Positions 27,101 through 36,570 are shown, counted from the first letter of the stretch. The stretch is 64,000 bases of DNA from IMGVR_UViG_3300033997_000092:62001-126000; one strand, 5' to 3'. The notes: generated from the letters alone by a model not told the origin. A program made the numbers and translations.

Positions 27101-28489
27101 GTTGAATACGTTGACAGAGGTCTTAGTATCTTCGCTATTATCATTGTACACTACGCGGAACGTGTAGGTCTCAGAAGTACGTTCGTTGATAGACGAAGCA
27201 CCGATGATTTCAAGCAACATTGGCTTAGGAAGTTCTTTAGCCAAAGCAACGTCCAGAGTGGCTGAAAGTGTTACGCCATTTATGGTAAACGTGGCAGCTA
27301 ACTGAGTTGTACTGTCCACGAATATTTGGTCCACAACAAGAATCTTCGACGTATCTGTCGATGTGTCTGGATTGCTTGATGTGAAAGTAGCTGGCGTTAC
27401 GTTAACGAAACTACCATCAGAGAAACCTGCCAACACTTGGTACGGAGTAGTTGAACCGCTGGCAACCGAAGTAGGACCTACGATTTCAAGAGAAGTCAGT
27501 TCTGCGATAGCAATAACCTGAACATCCAAGAAAGCACTACGGGTAATACCTTTCTCAGTGTAGCTTGCTTCCATACGAATAGTTGTGCTTGTTTCCACGT
27601 TTGCAGAAGTTAACACACCAGACACTGGGTTCAAACTGGCAGCTTCTGTGTTTTGAGTAACAGCCCAGACCTGTGGATCTACTTTACGTGATTCTCCATC
27701 AGCAAAGATACCCCAAACTTCATAGGTCTTGGTATTCTGTTCCAAGATAGAAGTGTCGCCACGTATTTCAATGTATACCAGTGAACGGTCTACAAATTGA
27801 ATTGAATCCTGTTTAGGATAGCGCCATGATGCAATCCATTCATCTGGATTGTTTGGGTTAACGAAGTCTAAGTGCAGCGTCTGACCAGGCAATAACGGGA
27901 ATGCTCGGTCAACACGCGCCCATTGAGTATCGTTAATCTTGATCATGGTACGTGCATAATCAGGATGTTCGTGGTAGTTCGGATAACGATCATTTGTCAT
28001 GCGGACATCGTCTTCCAGTACACCGATAGGCTGAACTGGGTCAACAACACCTTCATCATCAGGATCGTTTGGCTGCAAATACGCAATACCGATAGCTGAC
28101 GTTGTAGCAACAGGCAGATTCTGATTAGGAGACTCAATGCCTATAACAGACAGGTCTTCCAATACGCTTTGCCAGTACTGCGGCTGCGTGAACAGTCCAT
28201 CATAATCAGCAATTACTTCCCACTCACTGCGGTACGTGAACGATGAATTTTCATGCGATACGCGGCGTAATACTTTACCGTGGTTAACATCAGCTAAGTC
28301 CATCGGTATCCACAGAACATTGTAAGGAATACGCGAGAACGTAGGCTCTGTATAAGAAGCTACCAGCGTCCAGACTTCAGGATTGTCTGTGTCAGGCTGA
28401 ACAACAAAGTCTACTGGGTTAGCAGGGTCGATGCCACGATAAAAGCTGAGCTGAGTATAATTGCTAATAAAATTTTGCAATTCTTCCAT
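24107..28489 (-). CDS. Ig-like repeat fibre protein
   Basis: 1460 aa, Thr/Val-rich; Big_2-like units (LEIVGPTSVASG..Y.V.A.FSDG) then five tandem repeats of about 107 aa. Confidence 0.8.
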   Translation of the reverse strand: MEELQNFISNYTQLSFYRGIDPANPVDFVVQPDTDNPEVWTLVASYTEPTFSRIPYNVLWIPMDLADVNHGKVLRRVSHENSSFTYRSEWEVIADYDGLFTQPQYWQSVLEDLSVIGIESPNQNLPVATTSAIGIAYLQPNDPDDEGVVDPVQPIGVLEDDVRMTNDRYPNYHEHPDYARTMIKINDTQWARVDRAFPLLPGQTLHLDFVNPNNPDEWIASWRYPKQDSIQFVDRSLVYIEIRGDTSILEQNTKTYEVWGIFADGESRKVDPQVWAVTQNTEAASLNPVSGVLTSANVETSTTIRMEASYTEKGITRSAFLDVQVIAIAELTSLEIVGPTSVASGSTTPYQVLAGFSDGSFVNVTPATFTSSNPDTSTDTSKILVVDQIFVDSTTQLAATFTINGVTLSATLDVALAKELPKPMLLEIIGASSINERTSETYTFRVVYNDNSEDTKTSVNVFNKQSGPASLTVAGSVATVGALTADASGVLFASYTENEATVTDTHPVTLVNLNLAASLAVRESTLAVAQDPAETGDPDSGAWIVLEDGTLVDPSDTVPGTDVSWGTASSFGNIDAAYRGDVLPASNIRYTTEQHKARWPYRRSVQVTATKSVPGIGNLTGSRDVYVNPPRLLDVKLVPAGQDPATFVMPADATTLNYNENTTVNVGVWFQIETIDSVTSAATQEWVQHAPISAPNVPAAWGTINLFERSITLQTATTTVPVGTTPSTMPGTIPVVVGNVSADTAGFLRLNIKHNPASGIVADPNTVDITVELKFTVKQVEAQPTALRIRVAGGPNANSSSHNEETDIELYYEAQFSDAPTTWVNVTNHPGLVAALGTPNHGSVLTGVADLQLGSVTGNQAMGITASLTNAGATVNASYTVTILDTTPYINSLRVRLAKDPSSAGSSSTEDENQTLGLVYFVDYTNAVGTWVAVDPDTVGSALGVTLGTPNGATLQSNNKQIVLPDVTGNKTVSVNATYTENGVTKTGSYTITIRDTTVYLNSIKVRLAKAPNAATNASMEDENQSLGLVFTADYTDSVGTFVPIAVSDTGLIVSLGTPANGATLTGKDLLNLPDVTGNQNVTVNASYTVNGVTKTGSYVVTMRDTTIYLNAFRIRLASAPNATTNTSTHNENQTIAVVYQAQFSDAPSTWVDVSANPAVTAAIVAPTNGVTLPTKTQVQLPDVSANVSSTLRGSFTFGSTTLQADYIFNITNIVITPLELRIRLAANPSAGTNTSTHDENQNITMIYQARLSNAVGTWVNVSADSGLTASVVAPTNGVTMAADKVTITLPDVSGNKTTNLAASLTMNGTTVNATYVINITDTTPPAGITPRWGYAPKVNLLTDYQDASFYDLLDKPLTGVNGEQFTATTVNGAPNDPTTLYAYMMYPASWGWLYIVNQSGQAGQFDGAGISISDATGQPVISAWVGGIEYYVYRQSNPFTGTRTYTVNYGSSDPRSGVQ
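24520..26140 (-). repeat. Five tandem ~320-bp Ig-like coding repeats
   Basis: Each begins near [LIF]R[IV]RLA..P.A..N.S..[DN]ENQ and ends near ASYT.NG.T...Y.I.I.DTT; boundaries approximate. Confidence 0.85.
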
Positions 28490-28492
28490 CTG

Positions 28493-29494
28493 TTATACTC
28501 CTACCAACGTGCCGCGTACAGTTACTGTGGCAGTGCCTGCAGCATCACGCAAGTCAGCAAAAATTTGATGTGAACCAACAGCACCAACAGTATAAGTGTA
28601 ACCTGTCAATGTCTGAGTCTCACCATCACGTTGAACACGGACAGTGTTAGGGCGATAATAACCCAAGAAATTACGGAAGCCTGTGTCAGTATCTACAACA
28701 CCGTAAGCACGTACCAGAATCGTAAACTCTTTAGGACCAACTGAAACACCGTTTATGTATTCCATATTCGTTAGTTCAGGAATAAACAGTTCACAAGTCT
28801 CAGGTTCGTAATCGAGTGTTGCTGGGTCACGTGGAGGACCTACGTAAGCTGGAGCTGTCTCATGTATTTCACTTGCAGACAGTTTACGATACTCGCTTTC
28901 TTCCAGTGAACGGCCAATAGGTAAATAACCGTCAACAACATCACCGAAATTCATAGTCACGTTAGGGCCGCGGGTCTTCACAGACACAAGAGGCTTCTCT
29001 GGGTGCATACTATCATGCAGCAAAGGATAACGTGGATCGGTGTTACGTGGGTCTTCTGCAACTACTACAGTAGGCAAATCAGGATCATCACTGTCGTTAG
29101 AGATAGTCATAATACCGCGACGTTCTACTGATGCGATCGGAGGAGCAGCACTCGGGTCAGGCTCTTGGCCTGGCTCGTACACTTGGTCTTCCCAAATGTC
29201 TTCAATATGATTCACACGTACCCAAGTGTTCTGTGTTCCATTAGCTGGATCTGTGTCGCGTGTAGTACGCTTGTACAGCTTGCGATACATATGACTTGAC
29301 TTAGTAAAACAGGCCCACAGAACATTCAGTGGTATATTCTGTACATCATGTGGTTCTTCGTGGCTAACGATAATCAATACCGTTTTACCTAAGACTGAAT
29401 TTGTGCGGCGTACAAAAGTAGCCGACTGAGGAACTATGTCCTCAATACGCGAAGCAGTAGCAAGTGCTTCTACGAAATCATAGATTGTACTCAT
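28493..29494 (-). CDS. Fibre-associated protein sharing an N-terminal domain with its neighbours
   Basis: EP..IPLNVLW, W..EDIW..Q.Y and P..H..HPEKP motifs are shared with 29494..30159 and the N-terminus of 24107..28489. Confidence 0.65.
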   Translation of the reverse strand: MSTIYDFVEALATASRIEDIVPQSATFVRRTNSVLGKTVLIIVSHEEPHDVQNIPLNVLWACFTKSSHMYRKLYKRTTRDTDPANGTQNTWVRVNHIEDIWEDQVYEPGQEPDPSAAPPIASVERRGIMTISNDSDDPDLPTVVVAEDPRNTDPRYPLLHDSMHPEKPLVSVKTRGPNVTMNFGDVVDGYLPIGRSLEESEYRKLSASEIHETAPAYVGPPRDPATLDYEPETCELFIPELTNMEYINGVSVGPKEFTILVRAYGVVDTDTGFRNFLGYYRPNTVRVQRDGETQTLTGYTYTVGAVGSHQIFADLRDAAGTATVTVRGTLVGV

Positions 29495-30159
29495 TACGCC
29501 TCCATATCAATATCGGCTTCAGTAAGCTTGCGCCACTGGGCAGTTCCATCAGAATTCAATAGCAGCATCATGTCCTTAAGAGGATTAGGCTGATCGATGA
29601 TACTAACAACAGTTCCTTCTACATCCAAAATCGTAGCAGGCTTTTCAGGGTGCTGCTCCAAGTGAGGTAGTGGATCACGGTTGTTAATCAGGCTCTTGTG
29701 TCCTTCGCTTATCACACGAGGTGACATAGCGGAAGCAGGTGCAAGATTCAAACGAACCATACCTAGCTCTGGGACAGTAGCAGGCCCTACTGGGTCACCC
29801 AAGTTGCCTAAATCTTCAGGGTCATAATACTGAGACTCGAAAACGTCCTCGTAAAAATACAACAGACGCCAGGACTGATTAAATTCTGGCGTCTCCACGT
29901 TGCTTTCTTTTGAGGTGCGTTTTAAAGCCTGCTTATAGAACTCACTGGAGCGGTTGAAGTTGATCCACACTACGTTTGCAGGTAATACCATGCGAGTAGG
30001 TTCAACTGTAGCACATACCACAGTGATTGTTTCGTTATTGGCTTGGCTACGTAAACGCATAACAATAGGCGTTTCGTCGTTAAGGTCATCAATACCTGCA
30101 AGAATATGCAACGAATCAATGAATTCTTCCAAGCGCAGTTCCATAGTTGGTGTAGGCAT
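29494..30159 (-). CDS. Stand-alone copy of the shared fibre N-terminal domain
   Basis: 221 aa; EP..LPANVVW, EDVF..QYY and HPEKP motifs. Confidence 0.65.
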   Translation of the reverse strand: MPTPTMELRLEEFIDSLHILAGIDDLNDETPIVMRLRSQANNETITVVCATVEPTRMVLPANVVWINFNRSSEFYKQALKRTSKESNVETPEFNQSWRLLYFYEDVFESQYYDPEDLGNLGDPVGPATVPELGMVRLNLAPASAMSPRVISEGHKSLINNRDPLPHLEQHPEKPATILDVEGTVVSIIDQPNPLKDMMLLLNSDGTAQWRKLTEADIDMEA

Positions 30160-30172
30160 AAAACGCTCCCAG

Positions 30173-31822
30173 TTATGCTGCGGTTACATCCGTCATACGG
30201 CTGCCTTTCGGATTCAAGTTAAAGCGAACATGAATACGCTTGGTAGCTATAACAGGATCGTAAATCATATCAAGGACCAAATCGTTGTTGGCGATAATGT
30301 CCGGGGTATTATTACGCTCGTCGCAGATGTTGCTGTACTCATAAACACCACGATTGTTCTGAATCGGCGTCATAAAGTCATCTGCGGCTGTTTTAACCTG
30401 TGCCCGTAAGAAACGGTCCTGCGGGTCAAACAGCTTGTTGGTAGTGAACCGCTTGCTGGCTTTGAGAATGTACAGTGACAAACGAACCACGTTACAATCC
30501 TGGAACGAACTGGCACGGTTATACAGTGTGTACTGTGACCAAACGCAGTAGCCCAATCCTTGAGGCAGTTTACGCACATGGTTAACCTGAGCTTCGGATA
30601 AGGCATCACGCGCACCTTGGTCGTAGCTGTGGCGTAAGCCAAGTACATTGAGGATACCCACGTTGATACCAGCAGGAGCAAACCACAGGAATTTAGTATT
30701 GTCAGTGTACGCCATAACAGTAGCAATGTAGCCGCTGATAGGAACATAAATCTGACGATCCGTAAATTCATCGTAGATAAGTACGTCAGGAGCATAAATG
30801 CCGCCGTAGAAAGTATTGGCATTCAATGTCTGACGACGGTAAGTGATTGCATCTGCAACTTGTTGCTTGTCGCTTGGCATATCCAGAATAGCGTAAGCAT
30901 CGCCACGCTGTTCAGCTACCTGCAGCATCTTGTGGTGGATGTTGTGGTTAGTGTAGCCAGAGTTTACCAAAATACTAACTTCAATACGCTCAGGGTCATT
31001 AAACTTATCCCAAGCTTGGATGATTTGTGCGTCAGTAGCACGGGCACCATCTAAACCGCCGTTCATTGTCTCACTGGCACTTGTAACGATGTCGAATACA
31101 GGACACAGTTCGTTGTTTTTGAAGCGGATATAACGAGAACGTGAATTGATTACGTCTTCGATATACATTTGATTGCCGTTTTCATCAACTTCGTAGTTAC
31201 GAGATACTACAAAGCGTTCGGTTGCACCAACGCCAGCGATTAACGCACCGTACCATACACTCACAACAAAGTGGCGAGGATTGTGGCCGTTACCGCGCAG
31301 AGCAACACCTTGAGGATTAGATGGAGCAACAGATATAGTGATATTGTTGTTCCATTTACCAGGGTTAGCTGCACAGAAATAGCCCATGATGTTTGCAACA
31401 CCTGGCTGAGTAGGCAAGAAGCCAACTGTATTCAGTGGATCGTCAACACCTTGAGGAGTATTGGTTCCCTGGATAGTGTTGTTTACAAGTCGAATAACAG
31501 GATTTTGTGCAGCGGTATCGTCAACAGTAAGGTAACTTAGTGCTGTTTTTGCACCGTTGACAACACGTAAGAAGTAAGCACGGTTCGCTACTTTCAAAAA
31601 CTGATTTAAGCTGTAACCAGCGAAGCCGTAGCGTTGTGGATTCAATGTTCCAAACTTGGCCTGCCTGTCACCGGTGTCAGTAACCAGAACAGGTACCCCG
31701 ACTTCACCCATTTCCGCTTCACCCACAAAGGCAGCCACAGAACTGCTCACGTTGGGTATACGTTCGCTCAAATCAATTATTTTACCGTAGACGCCCGCGG
31801 AGGGATTGGATGGATTAAGCAT
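30173..31822 (-). CDS. Contractile tail sheath protein
   Basis: ATG 31822 with AGGAG RBS; AGVY..IDLS, AAFVGEA.MG, ANPGKWNN.I, AEQRGDAYAILD, WFAPAG, NVVRL and CDERNNTPDII sheath motifs. Confidence 0.93.
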   Translation of the reverse strand: MLNPSNPSAGVYGKIIDLSERIPNVSSSVAAFVGEAEMGEVGVPVLVTDTGDRQAKFGTLNPQRYGFAGYSLNQFLKVANRAYFLRVVNGAKTALSYLTVDDTAAQNPVIRLVNNTIQGTNTPQGVDDPLNTVGFLPTQPGVANIMGYFCAANPGKWNNNITISVAPSNPQGVALRGNGHNPRHFVVSVWYGALIAGVGATERFVVSRNYEVDENGNQMYIEDVINSRSRYIRFKNNELCPVFDIVTSASETMNGGLDGARATDAQIIQAWDKFNDPERIEVSILVNSGYTNHNIHHKMLQVAEQRGDAYAILDMPSDKQQVADAITYRRQTLNANTFYGGIYAPDVLIYDEFTDRQIYVPISGYIATVMAYTDNTKFLWFAPAGINVGILNVLGLRHSYDQGARDALSEAQVNHVRKLPQGLGYCVWSQYTLYNRASSFQDCNVVRLSLYILKASKRFTTNKLFDPQDRFLRAQVKTAADDFMTPIQNNRGVYEYSNICDERNNTPDIIANNDLVLDMIYDPVIATKRIHVRFNLNPKGSRMTDVTAA

Positions 31823-31874
31823 CGATAGTCTCCTAAAGGTCAGTGAAACAGTATTTGAAACTGTCAAATACCAT

Positions 31875-31887
31875 TACACAAAAATTA
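31875..31887 (-). promoter_or_regulatory. Putative late promoter TAATTT-N5-T-R
   Basis: TAATTTTTGTGTA lies downstream of a terminator and upstream of the sheath gene; followed by a GTATTTGA/TCAAATAC hairpin. Confidence 0.55.
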
Positions 31888-31917
31888 TCGATGCAAGATG
31901 TTTAAGATGGGCATTAG

Positions 31918-31946
31918 AAAAGGAAAAGGCGCCCATAAGGACGCCT
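31918..31946 (-). terminator. Intrinsic terminator
   Basis: AGGCGTCC-TTAT-GGGCGCCT followed by TTTCCTTTT. Confidence 0.8.
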
Positions 31947-31950
31947 AATA

Positions 31951-32763
31951 TCAATCAAAATCGTGCATAGTGAAAAACGAGTAACCGCCGTTCCTGCTTG
32001 ATTTCATATGGTTGATTTCCATTTTTACTTTATGCAATGTTTGGTACATATTATGACAAGCATTGCGGACAGCAGCATCCATCGAAGAACACATATGCCG
32101 TAGCATCATCAACTGGAATCCACCTTGAGATTGGATAGCCTCAATTTCTTGCTGTAACTGGGCTACACGCAATTTGGCGCTGTTGATAGCGTTAATTAAA
32201 TGGGCACGGGCATCTTCACGGCGAGACTTGACCTTTGAGTTGACATCTTTAATACTCTCATACAGGTCGACTAGGCCTTGATAGTCCGACGCTTCGTACA
32301 TTTGTACAATTGTAGGCATAAGCTCAATCAAGTACGGATTGCGAGTTCTGTCCGGATGACACAACAGAGACAGCTTTTTGAACAAAGCCTTTAAGGCGCG
32401 TTTGGTTGCAGTTGTCTCAGGCTGTTCCATCGCAACAGGTTCTTCTTCAGGAAGATCCTCATGTTCAAAATCCATTTCATCTTCGCCTGCACCAGCATTG
32501 AGACTATCCATCTCCTGCTGTTCTTTAAGTATGGCAAGTTCAGACAAAGCAAGCTGGAGTTGAGCATCAGCATCGATAAATTCAGGATATTCCCTGTATG
32601 CCTCTATGGTCTTCGTCACCGCTTCTTTTAGATTTTCAGTGTGCGCCTTCAATTGCTTTTCTTCGTTTAGGAGACGCTGTAATGTTTCCTGTGTATATTC
32701 ATCGTTGGTTTCACCTTCGAACAAAACTGGAAGGTATTTCACAGGAATGAGTTGAGTCATCAT
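31951..32763 (-). CDS. J-domain (DnaJ-like, HPD) coiled-coil protein
   Basis: LKALFKKLSLLCHPDR matches helix II plus HPD; no G/F region or Zn domain; start moved to ATG 32763. Confidence 0.8.
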   Translation of the reverse strand: MMTQLIPVKYLPVLFEGETNDEYTQETLQRLLNEEKQLKAHTENLKEAVTKTIEAYREYPEFIDADAQLQLALSELAILKEQQEMDSLNAGAGEDEMDFEHEDLPEEEPVAMEQPETTATKRALKALFKKLSLLCHPDRTRNPYLIELMPTIVQMYEASDYQGLVDLYESIKDVNSKVKSRREDARAHLINAINSAKLRVAQLQQEIEAIQSQGGFQLMMLRHMCSSMDAAVRNACHNMYQTLHKVKMEINHMKSSRNGGYSFFTMHDFD

Positions 32764-32786
32764 AGGACACCTTTGTAATAGGGGCA

Positions 32787-32981
32787 CTAGGCCCCTGCAT
32801 ATGGTTCTTTCAGTTGCGCCACGTTCATGTCAAGAAGGTAGTGCATACGTTGGTCAATAGCAGTACGGTCAACATGCTTTTTAACCCAGCTTAAATTGCG
32901 CCCGTTAAGTTCAACTACTTTACGGTGATTAGGCAAATTTAATTTTGCAAGTAAGCTGTTCAGTGCTTCGATATTAGTCAT
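32787..32981 (-). CDS. Small hypothetical protein
   Basis: 64 aa from ATG 32981 with AAGGA RBS. Confidence 0.6.
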   Translation of the reverse strand: MTNIEALNSLLAKLNLPNHRKVVELNGRNLSWVKKHVDRTAIDQRMHYLLDMNVAQLKEPYAGA

Positions 32982-33693
32982 TGTTTTCCTTAACTTCGAT
33001 ACGATAAGTTTCACCTAAGTAGTCGATCCAGATACCATCAGCATTCAACGTCACTTTGATATTGTTGGTTTCCCACATTTCATTGAAAGCAAGCACACAG
33101 GTCTTCAGTGTCTGTGGACCTACATTACCAAGTGTGCCAAAGTCACGGACATGCTGTAGCAGTGTACGACCAGACAAAGCAGTTACAGGGAAAGCTGTAG
33201 CTATCCAAGAATGCAAAGCGTCTTCTACTAAAGAAAGGTCAAAGTCAGATGCAGCACCTTCTACCTGTCCTTTGTTGTATTTGAGATTGATAGGACCGTA
33301 AGCTGCCACTAACTCAACACAAATATCTTTTATCGATTTACCAGAAAGAACTTCCAGTACCTGAACAGGAGTACGGCTTTTGTTGAACAAGCGCTTGGCC
33401 GTGTCTTTTGACGCATCAGGCATAGTGAACACATCAACGTCATATTTAAAGCTAAGCAGACCACTAAGCTCAGCGTAGAACTCTGAAAAGCGTTGGTCAC
33501 TTGTTTGGATAATCGTAGTGATTTCGCGGCGCTGGTTAGTAATCTGCATTTCCCAGTAATGCTCAAACCAAATTTTAGTGCGCTTGGTGTGCTTAACGCC
33601 GCGAATTACTTCAGGCTGTTCTTCACGATATACAGGAAGCCATGCAAACTTACGTTTCCAACTACCGATCGGAGTCAATATTGTTGTAATCAA
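32974..33693 (-). CDS. Hypothetical protein
   Basis: 239 aa, TTG start with GAGGA RBS; FAWLPV...W motif at the N-terminus. Confidence 0.6.
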   Translation of the reverse strand: MITTILTPIGSWKRKFAWLPVYREEQPEVIRGVKHTKRTKIWFEHYWEMQITNQRREITTIIQTSDQRFSEFYAELSGLLSFKYDVDVFTMPDASKDTAKRLFNKSRTPVQVLEVLSGKSIKDICVELVAAYGPINLKYNKGQVEGAASDFDLSLVEDALHSWIATAFPVTALSGRTLLQHVRDFGTLGNVGPQTLKTCVLAFNEMWETNNIKVTLNADGIWIDYLGETYRIEVKENND

Positions 33694-33703
33694 AACTATG
33701 TCC

Positions 33704-34207
33704 TCATGTTGTTAATACTTGGAACCTAGATTCTACAGTTGATTCGCCTACCATATTTCTTATGGCGTCCAATATAGAATGATCGGTATATTGAAAGAAA
33801 TAGAATGCCATCAGTAGAGGATTGTGGCATCCACGATTTAAACATTTGCGTACATGATTGTAAATCTGCTGGCGCAATTCACCTGAAGCAAGTTCATCTT
33901 TGAAAGCGAACATTTCATCAGGACCAAGAGCGTGGTTAGATACAAACAGCACGTACAAGGAACAGCTACGTGTCAGCATACGAAGCAGAGCATGATAATC
34001 AACATCATGCTGTCCAGCAAAGAAAGTTGTTATGCGTGGGAGTCGTTGCGAATATTCCGTGATAGCGCACGACTCAATTGCGTGGTGTGAAGAATACACA
34101 TTGACTATACCAAAATCCAAAGCGGACTGCACAAGAAGATGAGGCTGCGCGGGCATTCCAATCTTCTTGAATGTACGTGAAAGTGTCACGTTTGAATAAC
34201 CAAACAT
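33704..34207 (-). CDS. Hypothetical protein
   Basis: 167 aa from ATG 34207, directly after the upstream stop. Confidence 0.6.
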   Translation of the reverse strand: MFGYSNVTLSRTFKKIGMPAQPHLLVQSALDFGIVNVYSSHHAIESCAITEYSQRLPRITTFFAGQHDVDYHALLRMLTRSCSLYVLFVSNHALGPDEMFAFKDELASGELRQQIYNHVRKCLNRGCHNPLLMAFYFFQYTDHSILDAIRNMVGESTVESRFQVLTT

Positions 34208-34208
34208 A

Positions 34209-34895
34209 TTACATTTCCATAATGTTGATGCGATTATCGGAACCCAAACGCACAGCTCCATCAATAGGATAAAACACGCGGCGCATCATAAATGATATTG
34301 GGTCCTCACCAGCAGTAACTACAATACGAGGTATGTTATCAAACACATCCAAAATATCACGAAGCCTTTCAGCTTTATGCTGTGACGATTCATCATTTAT
34401 GTTTGATATGACGAGCATACACGGATTGGAGTCTTTTATTGTTTTGATTTGGTCGAAATCGCCAGAGCCAAGTATTCGTACCCACAAAGGTAATGAACGA
34501 CCACGGCGTTGTTGAGCTGTTAAATCAGACCAATCGATAGATGCTTGTGCCATGAGGCCGGCTGCATACATCTTGGCGCGAGTGTCAGTAGGAAACGAAT
34601 TTACTACAAACACTCCATTTTTCTTCAACGGATTCTTAAACAGCTTGTGAGTCACATCAATTTGTTTTTGAGTACCATGGCGCCGGGTAACAACGTCTTT
34701 TACTGTAGGTTTGAAATGGGTAACCACTTCATCCACAAGGAAAGTGGCACGCTTGTTAGCAAGCACAAGTCTGTCCATACCACGTGTAAGAAGCAGCTTC
34801 TCCAAATCTTTGTCGAAATTGGTCGATATTTCTATAGGAGGACGGCCTTTACTATCTAAGCCATCCTCTTCTATTTCTTTGGCTTTCTTTGTCAT
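34209..34895 (-). CDS. Degenerate DnaC/IstB-like P-loop fold protein
   Basis: Strand-helix order of DnaC-like ATPases (GVFVVNS...AKMYAAGLM; CMLVISNI; LRDILD...PRIVVT) without Walker A GKT or Walker B DD. Confidence 0.4.
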   Translation of the reverse strand: MTKKAKEIEEDGLDSKGRPPIEISTNFDKDLEKLLLTRGMDRLVLANKRATFLVDEVVTHFKPTVKDVVTRRHGTQKQIDVTHKLFKNPLKKNGVFVVNSFPTDTRAKMYAAGLMAQASIDWSDLTAQQRRGRSLPLWVRILGSGDFDQIKTIKDSNPCMLVISNINDESSQHKAERLRDILDVFDNIPRIVVTAGEDPISFMMRRVFYPIDGAVRLGSDNRINIMEM

Positions 34896-34920
34896 AGTGC
34901 ATATCCAGTTGATATACTAT

Positions 34921-34930
34921 GTATTTACAG
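34921..34930 (-). promoter_or_regulatory. Putative phage promoter CTGTAAATAC
   Basis: In the 36-nt gap; core motif 27 nt upstream of ATG 34895. Confidence 0.6.
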
Positions 34931-34931
34931 T

Positions 34932-36569
34932 TTAACCCCACCCACTAGCAAATATGCCTTTTGGACGATTGGCCTTAGGCTTAGCTTTCTTGCTTCGGTC
35001 ATTGCGTTCAGAGCGATAAATATCACTATCATCGTCATCACGATCACGTGGACTAGAACCTGTAGCACCAAGAGCAACTGCCTTCAAGTGTGATTTCTCT
35101 GTAGGTTGATGGCCTTCTGCAAGACTGAATTTCCACGTATTACGGAAACATCCCATACTGAGTCCCATACTGGGGTCAACAAAGAATCTGATAAGTGGAT
35201 CGTTTTTGTCATCGCTTGGGGTACAAATACGTCGGGATTCCTGTTGCCAGTTAGGCTCATTACTCATAGGCATGATGTAATAGAGAGTGTCCCACTTAGG
35301 CACGTTAAGACCCAACTGCATCAAACTCTTGATACCAACTACAACACGTACTTTACCAGCACGTGCATCATCGATTATCTGTTTACGGATAGCTTTATTC
35401 TTTTTAGTGCCGCCGCCTGTAAAGGCAACAGCTACCTTTTTACCAAATCGCTGATTAACTTGGTCTACAAGGAAAGCAACGTGTTCACGGTAATAAGTAG
35501 TTAAGAGAATAGAGCGTCCTTTCTTCAAATCCTTGATGATGTGATCGAGAATGAGCTTGTTGCGTTTGTTGTCCTTAGACAGTGCTTTAGTGGCGTACAC
35601 AAAGCCTGCAGGACCACTGTATTTGGCACGCGATTTGAACTCAGTCTCATGCACAACCATCTTAGGAACCATAGATGGAGCTTCGACTTCGGCTACAACA
35701 GGACCGATCAAATGTGCTGCTCTATAGTGCATCCCGTCTTTACGTTTATCGGTTGCAGTACATCCGCCTTTGAATTTCATTCGACAACGATGAATCAACT
35801 TAGAGAATTCTCGTGCGGAACTCCTATGTACTTCATCAATCCAGAGCGTCCCAAAGTTCTTTTGCAGCAACTTTAGTCGGCGTTTGCCATTTGTGTCACT
35901 GATGAATGATTGGTAGGTAGCAAAGCCGATCTGGAAGTTCTCGTAGTCTTCTGGCTTGTTCAGGAAACCAAACAACTTTTTACCGTACTTCTCTTCCAGT
36001 TTTGGTAAATTGGTATGAGCAGCAATTTCTTCCATGAAGTTTTCAAGGAAGTCTACTTGGTTAGCCATAATAACTACACGCTGGCCAAGTTCGATACAGA
36101 TTGCAATACTTGTTATCGTTTTACCTGTACGTGGAGGCGCTTTAATCAAGCCATGCTTGAATTTAACCCACTTCTTGAGTAGGTCAACTTGGTAATCACG
36201 CAGTTTACCAATAAATTTCACTTTATAATCGAACGGTGCTTTTGTACGCATGTCTTTGATTTTAAAATCGGACAAATCGATACGTAGCCTGCGTTCGATA
36301 TTAAGACGGTCACCTATAGGGAAAGCCAAATGCTTCTTACCGTCGATAATCTTCTCTTTTGCGAAAACAGTAGCGCCTTTATATCCACCTTTCTCACATT
36401 CTCCACAAATATCAGAGTAACGGTCGCGCTTGTAGTCACACATGCGGCAGATTTTTTCATCGTAATCGTGGACAGTATATTCCGCTACTGCATCCTCTGG
36501 ATCCATCGGAAGCATCTTAATAGGAATATACATCTTGTCACGCACGTAAAGCGTAGGTTTTTTAGCCAT
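34932..36569 (-). CDS. SF2 DNA helicase, UvsW/ResIII-like
   Basis: LRDYQ, APPRTGKT, DEVH, TAT, GLNVP and QESRRI motifs; N-terminal CxxC..CxxC. Confidence 0.9.
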   Translation of the reverse strand: MAKKPTLYVRDKMYIPIKMLPMDPEDAVAEYTVHDYDEKICRMCDYKRDRYSDICGECEKGGYKGATVFAKEKIIDGKKHLAFPIGDRLNIERRLRIDLSDFKIKDMRTKAPFDYKVKFIGKLRDYQVDLLKKWVKFKHGLIKAPPRTGKTITSIAICIELGQRVVIMANQVDFLENFMEEIAAHTNLPKLEEKYGKKLFGFLNKPEDYENFQIGFATYQSFISDTNGKRRLKLLQKNFGTLWIDEVHRSSAREFSKLIHRCRMKFKGGCTATDKRKDGMHYRAAHLIGPVVAEVEAPSMVPKMVVHETEFKSRAKYSGPAGFVYATKALSKDNKRNKLILDHIIKDLKKGRSILLTTYYREHVAFLVDQVNQRFGKKVAVAFTGGGTKKNKAIRKQIIDDARAGKVRVVVGIKSLMQLGLNVPKWDTLYYIMPMSNEPNWQQESRRICTPSDDKNDPLIRFFVDPSMGLSMGCFRNTWKFSLAEGHQPTEKSHLKAVALGATGSSPRDRDDDDSDIYRSERNDRSKKAKPKANRPKGIFASGWG

Positions 36570-36570
36570 G

